Positions 1 to 8,780 are shown, counted from the stretch's first letter. The stretch is DNA of 42,807 nt from an uncultured Spirochaetia bacterium (GCA_964449345.1 CAYUYT010000002.1:1-42807), one strand, 5' to 3'. A program made the numbers and translations. The notes: generated from the letters alone by a model not told the origin.

Positions 1-1
1 A

Positions 2-52
2 GAGACTTTTAAAAAAATGATATTAGAGTTTTATGATTTAGAAAATAATTAA
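2..52 (+). CDS. 3' end of an unidentified ORF truncated by the window edge (…ETFKKMILEFYDLENN*)
   Basis: Frame 2 is open from the edge to TAA at 50-52; the attC-like repeat follows ~50 bp later. Confidence 0.35.
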   Translation, partial: ETFKKMILEFYDLENN

Positions 53-96
53 AGAATTTAATAGGTAAATAAATAAGGACGATATGCTTGAAAACG

Positions 97-239
97 ATTC
101 GACAACAGCCGATATGAGGTTCCGGCGGGACAAGCCCGCCTCCACCCAAATTGCACTTTGTCACGATTTTTGCAAAAGCAAAAATGCGTGTCAATCGGCT
201 GGCTTCGGCAAGCTCCGCCCGACTCTCCGCACGTTAGTT
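97..239 (+). repeat. attC-like structured repeat, copy 1 (apparently complete)
   Basis: Begins GACAAC just after a stop codon and ends GTTAGTT (233-239). CAGCCGAT (106-113) pairs with ATCGGCTG (194-201). Two internal hairpins. 102-188 is homologous to 2221-2307. Confidence 0.6.
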
Positions 240-327
240 TCAATTTTTGAGAATGCCTAAAAGTTAGAGTTAAGACAAAGAAATAGGAAATAACCTTTTT
301 TCTCCCACCCAATAGGAGAGACGCGCG

Positions 328-430
328 TAGTTTTCTTTTCAAGAAAACTAGATAGCAAAAACTTCGTTTTTGGATTTATATGGGGATTTCCTTAGTCCTT
401 CGAACAGATAGTTTTGCTTCGCAAAATTAT
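328..430. repeat. Three short hairpins with TTC/GAA triloops
   Basis: TAGTTTTCTT-TTC-AAGAAAACTA (328-350), CAAAAAC-TTC-GTTTTTG (356-372), ATAGTTTTGC-TTC-GCAAAATTAT (408-430). Confidence 0.6.
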
Positions 431-1686
431 TTAAGAGACAGCCTTTTTACCAATTCAGTACTTTTTTGCTTTGCTTCTGGTAACCGTTCTGAGAAGAAAG
501 CTCTTGTTTTATCAAACTTTTGTTTGTACCCTTCCATGTCCTTATTTTCTACTATTGAAGCCCACTCCCTTACGGCAGAATGAAATTCTAAATCATCCCC
601 TCTGATTCCTTTATCATAAATTGCTGTATCTAAACTTTCTTCCAATAATTTTGAATTCCTAAATAAATATTCTGCAATTCCTAATCTTAATTTGAAAGGA
701 GGAGTTTGGCAAATCATATTATCGTATGGATTAATCCCCATTTGGTGCCATGCATCAACCATTGACAATAAACTTAAATGAGAATTTGGTTTTCTTTGTT
801 CAGATGGAATTCCTAAACTGAATTCTCCCATCACATCATCATTTAATAGTATTGGAGCATCTCCATTTCCAAACACAAATTCTCCAGCTCTTTTTATTCT
901 CTCCCTAAATGTTCCCTCGTCTTCTTGAATCATCATCTTAAACAATTCTGATTCAGATTGAGCATATTGTTTAACTTGTTCTCTTGCAAAAGGATTTAAC
1001 AAAGCTAAACCTCCATAGATATGAGATTTTCCACAATAAATCCGAAGCGTCATCAATATTTTAACATTATCAATTCCTCCAACATAAGATGCATTTTCCC
1101 ACGGAAAAAATCCTGCATTTTTCCATGCCGTTCCCATACTTTCAAAACCAACATGAGTAACTGCCTGGGTATCAGCAGTTATTTTGTCATGTTCTTGATA
1201 TGTTGGTATTTCAACAACATTTGAACCTAAAACTCTAAGAGTATCTAAAGCCCTTTGATATGCTTCATCAGAACTTCTATGTCTTATAACTGCAAGGCTT
1301 TGTCCAACAGGACTAACTGTTGGACTATGCAAAGAATGGCAGGTAACAATATTTGCATCTTCTGGCAAATATCTTTCAAATGCTTTAATTTCAGGAGTTT
1401 TAACAGAAGTTTGACCTGCCACTATTGCTCCTGTTTTAGTTGATGGACCAAATTGCCTTACCACTCTATCAATACCTTCTGCTTCCACAGAATAGAAGAT
1501 TAAATCGCTTCTTCTTGAAACTGCAATACCATCACCTAAAATATAAACTCCTGTTCCTTGTAATTCTTGTTCTAATTGAGTTCTCTTTTCAGGCAAATCA
1601 CAACCATTTACCCTATATCCTGCTTTAGCAAACTCTTTTGCATACAATTTGCCCATATCACCTAATCCTATAAGTCCTATTTCCAT
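427..1686 (-). CDS. tyrA: Prephenate dehydrogenase, fungal Tyr1-like subtype
   Basis: GLIGLGDMG Rossmann motif; YSVEA, GQTSVK, HSLH, EHDKITADTQAVTH and LRIY closely match yeast Tyr1 as recalled; GGAGGT RBS. Confidence 0.9.
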   Translation of the reverse strand: MEIGLIGLGDMGKLYAKEFAKAGYRVNGCDLPEKRTQLEQELQGTGVYILGDGIAVSRRSDLIFYSVEAEGIDRVVRQFGPSTKTGAIVAGQTSVKTPEIKAFERYLPEDANIVTCHSLHSPTVSPVGQSLAVIRHRSSDEAYQRALDTLRVLGSNVVEIPTYQEHDKITADTQAVTHVGFESMGTAWKNAGFFPWENASYVGGIDNVKILMTLRIYCGKSHIYGGLALLNPFAREQVKQYAQSESELFKMMIQEDEGTFRERIKRAGEFVFGNGDAPILLNDDVMGEFSLGIPSEQRKPNSHLSLLSMVDAWHQMGINPYDNMICQTPPFKLRLGIAEYLFRNSKLLEESLDTAIYDKGIRGDDLEFHSAVREWASIVENKDMEGYKQKFDKTRAFFSERLPEAKQKSTELVKRLSLK

Positions 1687-2011
1687 TTATTTACCTCCAA
1701 ATAATCTTATAGATGATTTTAATAAAGTACAATTATTTTTCTCGGAAAAATCTATCACTTCGTTGATTTTTCTCGCAACAATTTTTGATTTCTCCCTTGC
1801 TTCTTCTATACTTCCGCTTTCTCTCTCAACAAGGGCTTGTAAGAAGCCGGCAGAATTCAGAACAAATTCAGGAATAAATATAATGCCTTTCTCCAATAAT
1901 CTCATTTATTAAAGTATTATTTGCTCCACCTGCAACAACCTTACAATTTAAATTTGAGATTGTCTGTTCATTCAGAGTACCTCCAAAAGCACATGGAGAA
2001 AAAATATACAC
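1687..2011 (-). pseudogene. 5'-truncated, frameshifted Glu/Leu/Phe/Val dehydrogenase C-terminal remnant
   Basis: Reads IFSPCAFGGTLNEQTISNLNCKVVAGGANNTL, then continues in another frame as LLEKGIIFIPEFVLNSAG. These match the LeuDH-type PCA..AG.ANN.L and GI.Y.PD..N.GG motifs. Confidence 0.8.
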
Positions 2012-2200
2012 TTCGAAATTGAATCGGTGATACATAAAAACATTTTATGTGAAAATATTACTATAACTAAAAACATAACTGGCATCTTATTGATAGGTGG
2101 TTACTTAGGAATTGCGAAGGACTACCTCAAAGAATTAAATAAAATTAAAAGTAAAGAATACTCGATCGAGCAGTTTGAAAATATTATTGGTAAAAAATAA
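2012..2200 (+). pseudogene. 3' fragment of an unidentified gene, possibly a cassette ORF, lacking a start
   Basis: 63 codons (FEIESVIHKN…ENIIGKK*) ending 20 bp before repeat copy 2; abuts the dehydrogenase remnant. Confidence 0.4.
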
Positions 2201-2220
2201 TGTATGCCTGCAACTATCAC

Positions 2221-2307
2221 ACAACAGCCGATATGAGGTTCCGGGCAGTCAAGCTGCCCTATACCCAAATTGCACTTTGTCACGGTTTTTGCAAAAGCAA
2301 AAACACG
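2221..2307 (+). repeat. attC-like structured repeat, copy 2 (right arm missing)
   Basis: 87 bp colinear with 102-188; first 24 bp identical; stems show compensatory changes. Confidence 0.65.
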
Positions 2308-2511
2308 GGGCAGACTTTTTGGTTGAAAATATGATATGTTTGATAAAACAATTTCTTAATCCCCGCGCCCCAAGAAGCGCGGACAATGTATAACAGGGGA
2401 ATAATATGCAGAATTTACTTGAAGACTTAAACTAAAGGTTTGCATTTAAGAATAAAATTTAAACTTATTTTAACAGATTTTCAAACTAATACTCTTTATT
2501 AATTTATAATC

Positions 2512-2540
2512 TTGACAAAAAATAAATAACGAATTATTAT
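2512..2540 (+). promoter_or_regulatory. sigma70-type promoter for metH
   Basis: TTGACA-17 bp-TATTAT; AGGAGA RBS before ATG 2582. Confidence 0.65.
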
Positions 2541-2581
2541 ATCAATATATCATGATGAAGTGATTAATTTTAGGAGAAAAA

Positions 2582-5029
2582 ATGTCCAAATTAGATAACT
2601 TGCTCAAAAAACGTATGGTATTTCTTGACGGCGCTTTTGGTACGGAGCTGCAAAAAAACGGATTAGGCCCGGGTGATATTCCTGAATTGTGGAATGTTAC
2701 TCATAGTGAAATTATTAAAAATATTCATAAAGATTACGTTGATGCTGGTGCGGATATTATCAATACTAACACTTTCGGCGGAAACAGGTTTAAATTAAAA
2801 GAGTTAGGCATTGAGAACCGAATTCAAGAATTAAACGAAACTGCCGTACATCTTGCAAAAGCCGTTGCCGGAGAAAAAGCTCTTGTAGCCGGGTCTATCG
2901 GACCTACGGGAGTATTTTTAGAACCACACGGAAAAGTTACTTTTGATGAAATGTATAATGTTTATAAAGAGCAGGTTAAAATTATCGCTGATGCGGGAGC
3001 TGATATTATAAATTTTGAAACAATGGTGGATATAGGAGAATTACGCGCGGCCGTATTAGCTACTTTTGATGTTTGTGATTTACCCGTTTTTGCAAGTTTA
3101 ACTTTTGATGAAAAAGGCAGGACTTTAACAGGCAGTAATGTTATAACGGGTTTTAACATACTAGAAGGCCTAGGCGTTGATTTTATCGGAACGAACTGCG
3201 GGATGGGACCCGAGCAAATGTATGAAATTTTAAAACACGTTCGAAAACACATTAGCGCTAAACTCGTTGTACAGGCAAACGCAGGGCTTCCCGTTATTAA
3301 AAACGGAGAAACGCATTTTTCAATGAAAAAAGAAGAATATTCAAAACACGTAAAAAATATCGTTGATTTGGGCGTTAGCGTTTTAGGCGGGTGCTGTGGC
3401 ACTACACCGGAATTTATAAAAGTTATCAAACGGGAATTTGATAATACAAAAGTAAAGGAATTTAAACCTGATAATGTGATTCGTTTAAGTTCTCAAAGTA
3501 AAACGGTTTTAGCAGGACAGGGGCAAAGGTTTTTGAAAATCGGTGAAAAAATAAATCCTTCTGCAAGCAAAAAACTGCGTCTTGAAGTTAAGCAGGGAAA
3601 TTTATCTTTTGCGAAGGAGCTTGCAAAAAGACAGGAGCAGGCAGGCGCTGATATTATTGATGTCAATATGGGGACATCGGGAATTGACGAAACGGAAATG
3701 ATTTTAAAAGCGGTTAAATCTCTTTGCGCGATTGTAAACGTGCCCGTGTGTATAGATTCAACGCGCAACCAAGCAATTGAACTCGCTGTTAAACACTATC
3801 CGGGAAGGGTTTTGATAAACTCTATCTCCGGCGAAAAAGAAAAAATGGATGCAATTTTACCCGTTATGAAAAGATACGGCAGTTATGCAATTTTATTGCC
3901 ACTTGATGAAAACGGTATTCCCGAAACCTTAGAAGAACGCGCAAAAATAATTGAACGCATTATAACAGAAGCGCAAAAATACGGTATAGATAAACGGCGG
4001 TTTCTCGTTGACGGGCTTGTAATGACTGTTAGCGCGGCGCAGCCCCTTGTAATGTTAGCCATTGAAACGGTAAAAATGGTAAAAGAAAAATTCGGAATGA
4101 ACACTACTGCGGGATTATCAAACGTAAGTTTCGGACTCCCGCAGCGCGGTTTAATTAATGCGAGTTTTCTATCAATGCTCATTGCCGCTGGCCTTGATTC
4201 TGCGATTGTAAACGTAGAGAGCGATTTTATTATGAGTGCAGTCAGAGCAGGCGAAGCAATAACGGGCAAAGATCACAGCTCACTTGATTTTATTAATGCT
4301 TATAAAGATGCCGGGCCTTTAATTATCGCGGAAAAAAACATGGTAGGAGATAAAAAGGCTGACGAAAAGCATGAAACAACGAAGGCAACGGTTAAAAACG
4401 AAAAGTTTAAAGGCAACGCGTTATTTAATGCAATATTAACGGGAGATTCTGATAATGTAGTTTCGTTAATAGAAAAAAGTCTTGAAGCAAAAGAACAAGC
4501 TCTTGACATTGTTAATAAAACCATGATTCCTGCAATAATGGAAGTTGGTGAAAAATACGATACAGGCGAATATTTTTTGCCTCAACTTATGATGAGTGCT
4601 GAAACAATGAAAAAAGGTTTTGTTTTCCTTGCACCGTTATTAAAAAAAGGCGCAGCAAAATCAATCGGCAAAATTATTCTAGCAACGGTTAAGGGCGATG
4701 TTCACGATATTGGGAAAAACATTGTGAGCATAATGTTTGCGAATCACGGTTTTGAGGTTATTGATTTGGGTAAGGACGTTGCTTCGGAATACATAATCGA
4801 ACAGGCCGTTGCAAACAAAGCTTCGGTAATCGGTTTGAGCGCTTTAATGACAACGACAATGGAAGAGATGTCCCGATTCATGAAATTAAAACATGAACGC
4901 AATCTTGAAATTCCCGTTTTAGTGGGCGGCGCGGTTGTTAATGATGAATATGCAAAGAGTATCGGTGCGCACTATGCTAAAGACGCTGTTCGCGCGGTTG
5001 AAAAAGCAAAGCAACTTATTAAAAACTAA
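2582..5029 (+). CDS. metH: Cobalamin-dependent methionine synthase, short form without the AdoMet reactivation domain
   Basis: Homocysteine domain (DGAFGTEL, GTNCG, GGCCGT), pterin domain (IGEKINP), B12 cap and GDVHDIGKNIV motif; ends after the B12 domain. Confidence 0.93.
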   Translation: MSKLDNLLKKRMVFLDGAFGTELQKNGLGPGDIPELWNVTHSEIIKNIHKDYVDAGADIINTNTFGGNRFKLKELGIENRIQELNETAVHLAKAVAGEKALVAGSIGPTGVFLEPHGKVTFDEMYNVYKEQVKIIADAGADIINFETMVDIGELRAAVLATFDVCDLPVFASLTFDEKGRTLTGSNVITGFNILEGLGVDFIGTNCGMGPEQMYEILKHVRKHISAKLVVQANAGLPVIKNGETHFSMKKEEYSKHVKNIVDLGVSVLGGCCGTTPEFIKVIKREFDNTKVKEFKPDNVIRLSSQSKTVLAGQGQRFLKIGEKINPSASKKLRLEVKQGNLSFAKELAKRQEQAGADIIDVNMGTSGIDETEMILKAVKSLCAIVNVPVCIDSTRNQAIELAVKHYPGRVLINSISGEKEKMDAILPVMKRYGSYAILLPLDENGIPETLEERAKIIERIITEAQKYGIDKRRFLVDGLVMTVSAAQPLVMLAIETVKMVKEKFGMNTTAGLSNVSFGLPQRGLINASFLSMLIAAGLDSAIVNVESDFIMSAVRAGEAITGKDHSSLDFINAYKDAGPLIIAEKNMVGDKKADEKHETTKATVKNEKFKGNALFNAILTGDSDNVVSLIEKSLEAKEQALDIVNKTMIPAIMEVGEKYDTGEYFLPQLMMSAETMKKGFVFLAPLLKKGAAKSIGKIILATVKGDVHDIGKNIVSIMFANHGFEVIDLGKDVASEYIIEQAVANKASVIGLSALMTTTMEEMSRFMKLKHERNLEIPVLVGGAVVNDEYAKSIGAHYAKDAVRAVEKAKQLIKN

Positions 5030-5337
5030 TATTTTGTGTAAACTCTTGGGCGGCTTTTATAAATCATTTTTTTTAAAATTCAATTATCAAAAATACCTGA
5101 GTGTATTTAAAAAGTCATACTTAAAACGCAAAAATTAATTAAACTCATTTAAAATTTTATTTTATTGTTTTACCAGTGTTATATGTAAACAATAAAATCC
5201 ACATTGTATTGAATTTTGACGTTATACATTTGTTCAATATAATATTTTTAAATTTTATAAATAAATTTGAAAATATAACCAAAATATACTTGATTTACGC
5301 ATAATAAAACTGTATTTTTCTTAGACATTAAATACGA

Positions 5338-5411
5338 GGGCCCATAGCTCAGTCGGTTAGAGCAGCTGGCTCATAACCAGCGTGTCCCAAGTTCGAGTCT
5401 TGGTGGGCCCA
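5338..5411 (+). tRNA. tRNA with CAT anticodon, probably Ile2 (lysidine), otherwise elongator Met
   Basis: GGGCCCA/TGGGCCC acceptor stem, TAGCTCAGTCGGTTAGAGCA D-arm, GCTGG-CTCATAA-CCAGC anticodon arm, GTTCGAGTC T-arm; CCA not encoded. Confidence 0.95.
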
Positions 5412-5488
5412 AAATGAAAATATTATGGAAAAAGGATTTTTAATTATAAAACGGCATAAAAATTTTTTCTTTAATTTTATAAAAAATA

Positions 5489-5523
5489 AAAAGCATAAGG
5501 CAAGTTAACCTTATGCTTTTTTT
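5489..5523 (+). terminator. Intrinsic terminator downstream of the tRNA
   Basis: AAAGCATAAGG-loop-CCTTATGCTTT followed by a T run. Confidence 0.65.
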
Positions 5524-5539
5524 ATATAAAGGGGATACT

Positions 5540-6259
5540 ATGATGGTAAAAAATGAAATTAGCCAAGACATTGACAACCTTATCGAACTTCAACAAGTTT
5601 ATAAGGACGTTTTTCGGTTAGAAAAACGAAAAAAACAACTAACTCTTGACCCTGAAGAAATTGAAAAAATACTTTCTGGAATCGAAGAAGAAATTGACAC
5701 ACTTAAAGAAGATATTGAAGCAATTGATGCTGAAGTTAAAAGTAATAACGTGGATATTGACACTTTAAAGGACGATATTTCTAAAATCAGGGAAAAACAA
5801 AAAATTGTTCAGTCTCCTAAAGAATTTGCATATCTCGATAAACAGGAAAAGCAGAAGAAAGAGGAGATAAGCGAAATCCAAGCAGCGAATAAAAATATTC
5901 TGAAGGAAAAAGAAGAATTAAACAAAGAACTTGAAGAAAAAAAACAAGAGTACGAATTTAAAGAAAACGAAATTAAAGAACAGCAAGAAAATGCACAGGA
6001 AGAAATTAGCGAAATTGACAAAAAACTGGAAACAATGTCAGGGCTTCAAAAAAAACTTGCATCGATTATTTCTCTGCCCGTTTTAAGAGATTTTGAACGC
6101 ATTGCTAAGGGAATGGACGGCATTGGTATTGTACCCATAGAAAATAATTTCTGCTCTGGATGTAATATTTCTTTGCCGCCGAGAATAGTTAGCAGAGTTA
6201 GAAGAAAAAATGAAATTATACACTGTATGAATTGCGCAAGAATATTATACTGGCAGTAA
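5540..6259 (+). CDS. Coiled-coil protein with C-terminal C4 zinc ribbon (CT398/HP0958-like)
   Basis: Long coiled coil then CSGC…CMNCARIL. Start moved to 5540 (GGGGA RBS) because ATG 5513 lies inside the terminator. Confidence 0.85.
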   Translation: MMVKNEISQDIDNLIELQQVYKDVFRLEKRKKQLTLDPEEIEKILSGIEEEIDTLKEDIEAIDAEVKSNNVDIDTLKDDISKIREKQKIVQSPKEFAYLDKQEKQKKEEISEIQAANKNILKEKEELNKELEEKKQEYEFKENEIKEQQENAQEEISEIDKKLETMSGLQKKLASIISLPVLRDFERIAKGMDGIGIVPIENNFCSGCNISLPPRIVSRVRRKNEIIHCMNCARILYWQ

Positions 6260-6392
6260 AATTTTCAATTAGCTCAAAATATTATATTCGGATTTTTGGA
6301 AAACAAGAGACTTTTTATTTTTAAATTAAAATAAAAAATTGCTTGATTTACTTTTCAGGCATATTATTATAGTTTAATACTAATCACAATTC

Positions 6393-6740
6393 TTGGATTA
6401 TAATATGTTTATTGATGTTAACTATGAGCAGGGAGTTCCTGTTATCAAAATATCAGGTGAACTCGATATGTATGACAGCACAAAAATGGAAGAAGTTTTT
6501 AATTCTATTGATACGGAATCTCATGTAGGAATTGATTGCAGCGAAATATCATTTGTGGATTCAACCATAATCGGTATTTTTGTTAGATATTCTTTATCCA
6601 AAAACACAAATAATAAAACAGTAGCATTAATTAACGTAAAACAGTTTTTTATACAACTACTAGAGCTTGCAAAATTAAAAAAGCTTTTCGAAATCTACTC
6701 CTCGGTTGAAGATTTTATAAATCAATATAAAGACAAATAA
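6393..6740 (+). CDS. STAS-domain anti-sigma factor antagonist
   Basis: ISGELDMY, IDCSEISFVDSTIIG; true start may be ATG 6405. Confidence 0.85.
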   Translation: MDYNMFIDVNYEQGVPVIKISGELDMYDSTKMEEVFNSIDTESHVGIDCSEISFVDSTIIGIFVRYSLSKNTNNKTVALINVKQFFIQLLELAKLKKLFEIYSSVEDFINQYKDK

Positions 6741-6741
6741 T

Positions 6742-7017
6742 TATACTAAATCCCTTTATTATGTCATCCACCGCTTGTATTAATTCTATATTTTTATAGG
6801 TAACGCGAAATTCTATTTATTTCAATAATACTAACCTTTTTTACTTTATTAAAAGGGGTATTGGCCATTATCGCCTCTACAATGTGGGCTTTTTCTTCTC
6901 TTTTCTTAAAGTCCACCTTTATTCGATGGGGAATTTGCCTTTCTTCAAGCCCTCTTTTATTAAAATCAAAGGGATTAAAATAGAATAAATTTCCATATTT
7001 TAACGCAAATTAGTATA
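6742..7017. mobile_element. Possible MITE-like element with TATACTAA…TTAGTATA ends; contains a dispersed-repeat copy at 6801-6877
   Basis: Same 8-bp termini as the 103-bp elements at 36190 and 37770; begins right after the STAS stop codon. Confidence 0.4.
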
Positions 7018-7181
7018 AATTCACGTGGGTATATTAAAATCAAATATACTCTCAAAGTTTTTGGAACAATTTAAAATCAATCGTGTTAGAATAAGTAAAT
7101 GAAGCAAAGACAGTAAGGTTTTTGTTATCTGCCATAGGAGAAGTTCCCCTAAAGTTCTCGACAACAAACCTAAATATAGAT

Positions 7182-7213
7182 TAAACCGGGAAATACCCCC
7201 TTCCCGGTTTTTT
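7182..7213. terminator. Hairpin/terminator between convergent units
   Basis: AAACCGGGAA-loop-TTCCCGGTTT plus T run. Confidence 0.55.
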
Positions 7214-8125
7214 TTATTTAATGATTTTTTTAAGCTTTTCAATTCTGCTGTTAATCTTGTTTCTTAATCCGGCAAGATTTTTTCGAAGTTTAGGTTGTTT
7301 AAACGTTTTTTTGCATAAATCAAGGTAACGCATTATTTGCAGGCGCAATTTCGAAATACCGAGTTTAAACATAACGTGTTTTTCAAGGGACAAATCAAGG
7401 GATGAAAGTTTATCGTCCTGCGCATCTAAAGTATTAATAATCTCACGCGTAACCCATGTATCAAAACGAGAAAAGGGCTCACCATTCATAACGGGTTTTT
7501 TAAAATAATCAGGATATTTTTTTACTATTTGTTTAAACGCATAATCATACCCTTTTAAAATGCCGAAAAGCTCTTTATCAAGCTCTATTTTCGTTGGCTT
7601 TTGTTTTTTAGCCGCAGGTTTCCCCGGTTTTGCTTTCTGTTCCTTGTTTATTTCGCCGGATGAGAAAATTGCTTTGCGGTGAATATTAAAGTAATCCACC
7701 GCCTTATAAGTTAGGGCTAAAATTAATAAAAAGACAAAAGTGTAAACGTAATATTTCCAAGTTGATAATTGTATTGTCATGTAATCCGCGAGTTTTATAA
7801 AGCGTTTTGCGTTTTTTTTGTTAAGTTTATATTTTTTGCGATAAAGTTTTAATTTATCAAAAAAAAGACCTCTGACTAAAAGAGTGTTTTTAAGTTCGTT
7901 ATAACCGAACGATTCGGAATGTTCAAATTTTTCACCTTTGGCAAGAATAATTAAGCGTAAATTTGTTGCAACGAATTTATAATAAACGTATTCCCCGCGT
8001 ATTTCAAGTTCAGGGCTAGGCGTTTTAGTGTTTATAACGGAAACAGTGTTTTCTCCCTGCCTTAAAAGGTGTTTAATTTTATTTACAAAAATGTAATCGA
8101 TACTTTTATTAATTTTTTCAGCCAT
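7214..8125 (-). CDS. Hypothetical single-pass membrane protein
   Basis: 303-aa ORF with a central TM (YVYTFVFLLILALTY); N-terminus possibly PH-like. Confidence 0.65.
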   Translation of the reverse strand: MAEKINKSIDYIFVNKIKHLLRQGENTVSVINTKTPSPELEIRGEYVYYKFVATNLRLIILAKGEKFEHSESFGYNELKNTLLVRGLFFDKLKLYRKKYKLNKKNAKRFIKLADYMTIQLSTWKYYVYTFVFLLILALTYKAVDYFNIHRKAIFSSGEINKEQKAKPGKPAAKKQKPTKIELDKELFGILKGYDYAFKQIVKKYPDYFKKPVMNGEPFSRFDTWVTREIINTLDAQDDKLSSLDLSLEKHVMFKLGISKLRLQIMRYLDLCKKTFKQPKLRKNLAGLRNKINSRIEKLKKIIK

Positions 8126-8192
8126 ATTTATTTAAAGATATAAAAAAAAATTGCGTTGTGTTAGCGAATATTTAATAAAATATTTTTTACGG

Positions 8193-8639
8193 TTATAATT
8201 GATATACACTTGCAAAAAAGAGTACAAAAGAATCGGCAAAGGCAATAAAGCCGAGAATTGTTTGCGTAGGGTATAATTTTTTATCAAGCGCGTGAATTTT
8301 TTCAATGGGTGTGTTTTTATCCGTTCTTAAATAATTCATTGATAAAACAACGCCTAAAGCAATACTAACAAACGTCGATATTAGGGATGCAATTGTTGTA
8401 ATGGGTATTTTTTCAAAAGACGCAGGGATAAAACGCAAAATTCTTAAAAAACCGATTAAGGAAATTATACCCCACAACAAAAGCGCAACACCTACCCACG
8501 TTTTATAAGGAACTAGCCGGTCTATTATTTCAATACTGTTTTCTTTATTGCGTATAAAAAAACGGATAACAGCAAAACAGCCCCCTAAAAATAGAATTAA
8601 AATTGGAATTATGCCGATTAAATAAAACACTTTTATCAC
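8193..8639 (-). CDS. Hypothetical 4-TM membrane protein
   Basis: 148 aa with four hydrophobic segments; AGAAG upstream of GTG start. Confidence 0.7.
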   Translation of the reverse strand: MIKVFYLIGIIPILILFLGGCFAVIRFFIRNKENSIEIIDRLVPYKTWVGVALLLWGIISLIGFLRILRFIPASFEKIPITTIASLISTFVSIALGVVLSMNYLRTDKNTPIEKIHALDKKLYPTQTILGFIAFADSFVLFFASVYQL

Positions 8640-8726
8640 CTTCTGCTATATAATAAAAACAACGAATTAGTTTAATTACATTTTCCCGTTATTTTTAGTT
8701 TTGTCAAGCAAAAACACTTTTCAAAT

Positions 8727-8755
8727 AAAAAAGCCGCGCAAATATTTACGCGGCT
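8727..8755 (-). terminator. Intrinsic terminator after the 949-aa gene
   Basis: AGCCGCG/CGCGGCT stem with a T run on the minus strand. Confidence 0.65.
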
Positions 8756-8780
8756 GATTTTATAATTCATTTGCAAATTT

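Noticed and set aside
9-583. Short ORFs 9..194, 58..342 and 380..583 (also 2175..2393)
   Set aside because: They run through repeats or lie antisense to tyrA, and show no protein-like motifs.
2310-2580. SAM or cobalamin riboswitch upstream of metH
   Set aside because: No recognisable consensus, and the predicted promoter leaves only a ~35-nt leader.
2962-4524. Antisense ORFs within metH, and similar ones within secD/secF, fapA, the cyclase and the FecR gene
   Set aside because: Shadow frames of well-supported genes.
5338-5411. tRNA as integration site for the left-hand accessory patch
   Set aside because: No duplicated tRNA 3' end or integrase seen, and metH lies between them.
7021-7242. 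73-aa minus-strand ORF
   Set aside because: Overlaps the upstream gene end and a terminator hairpin; no motifs.
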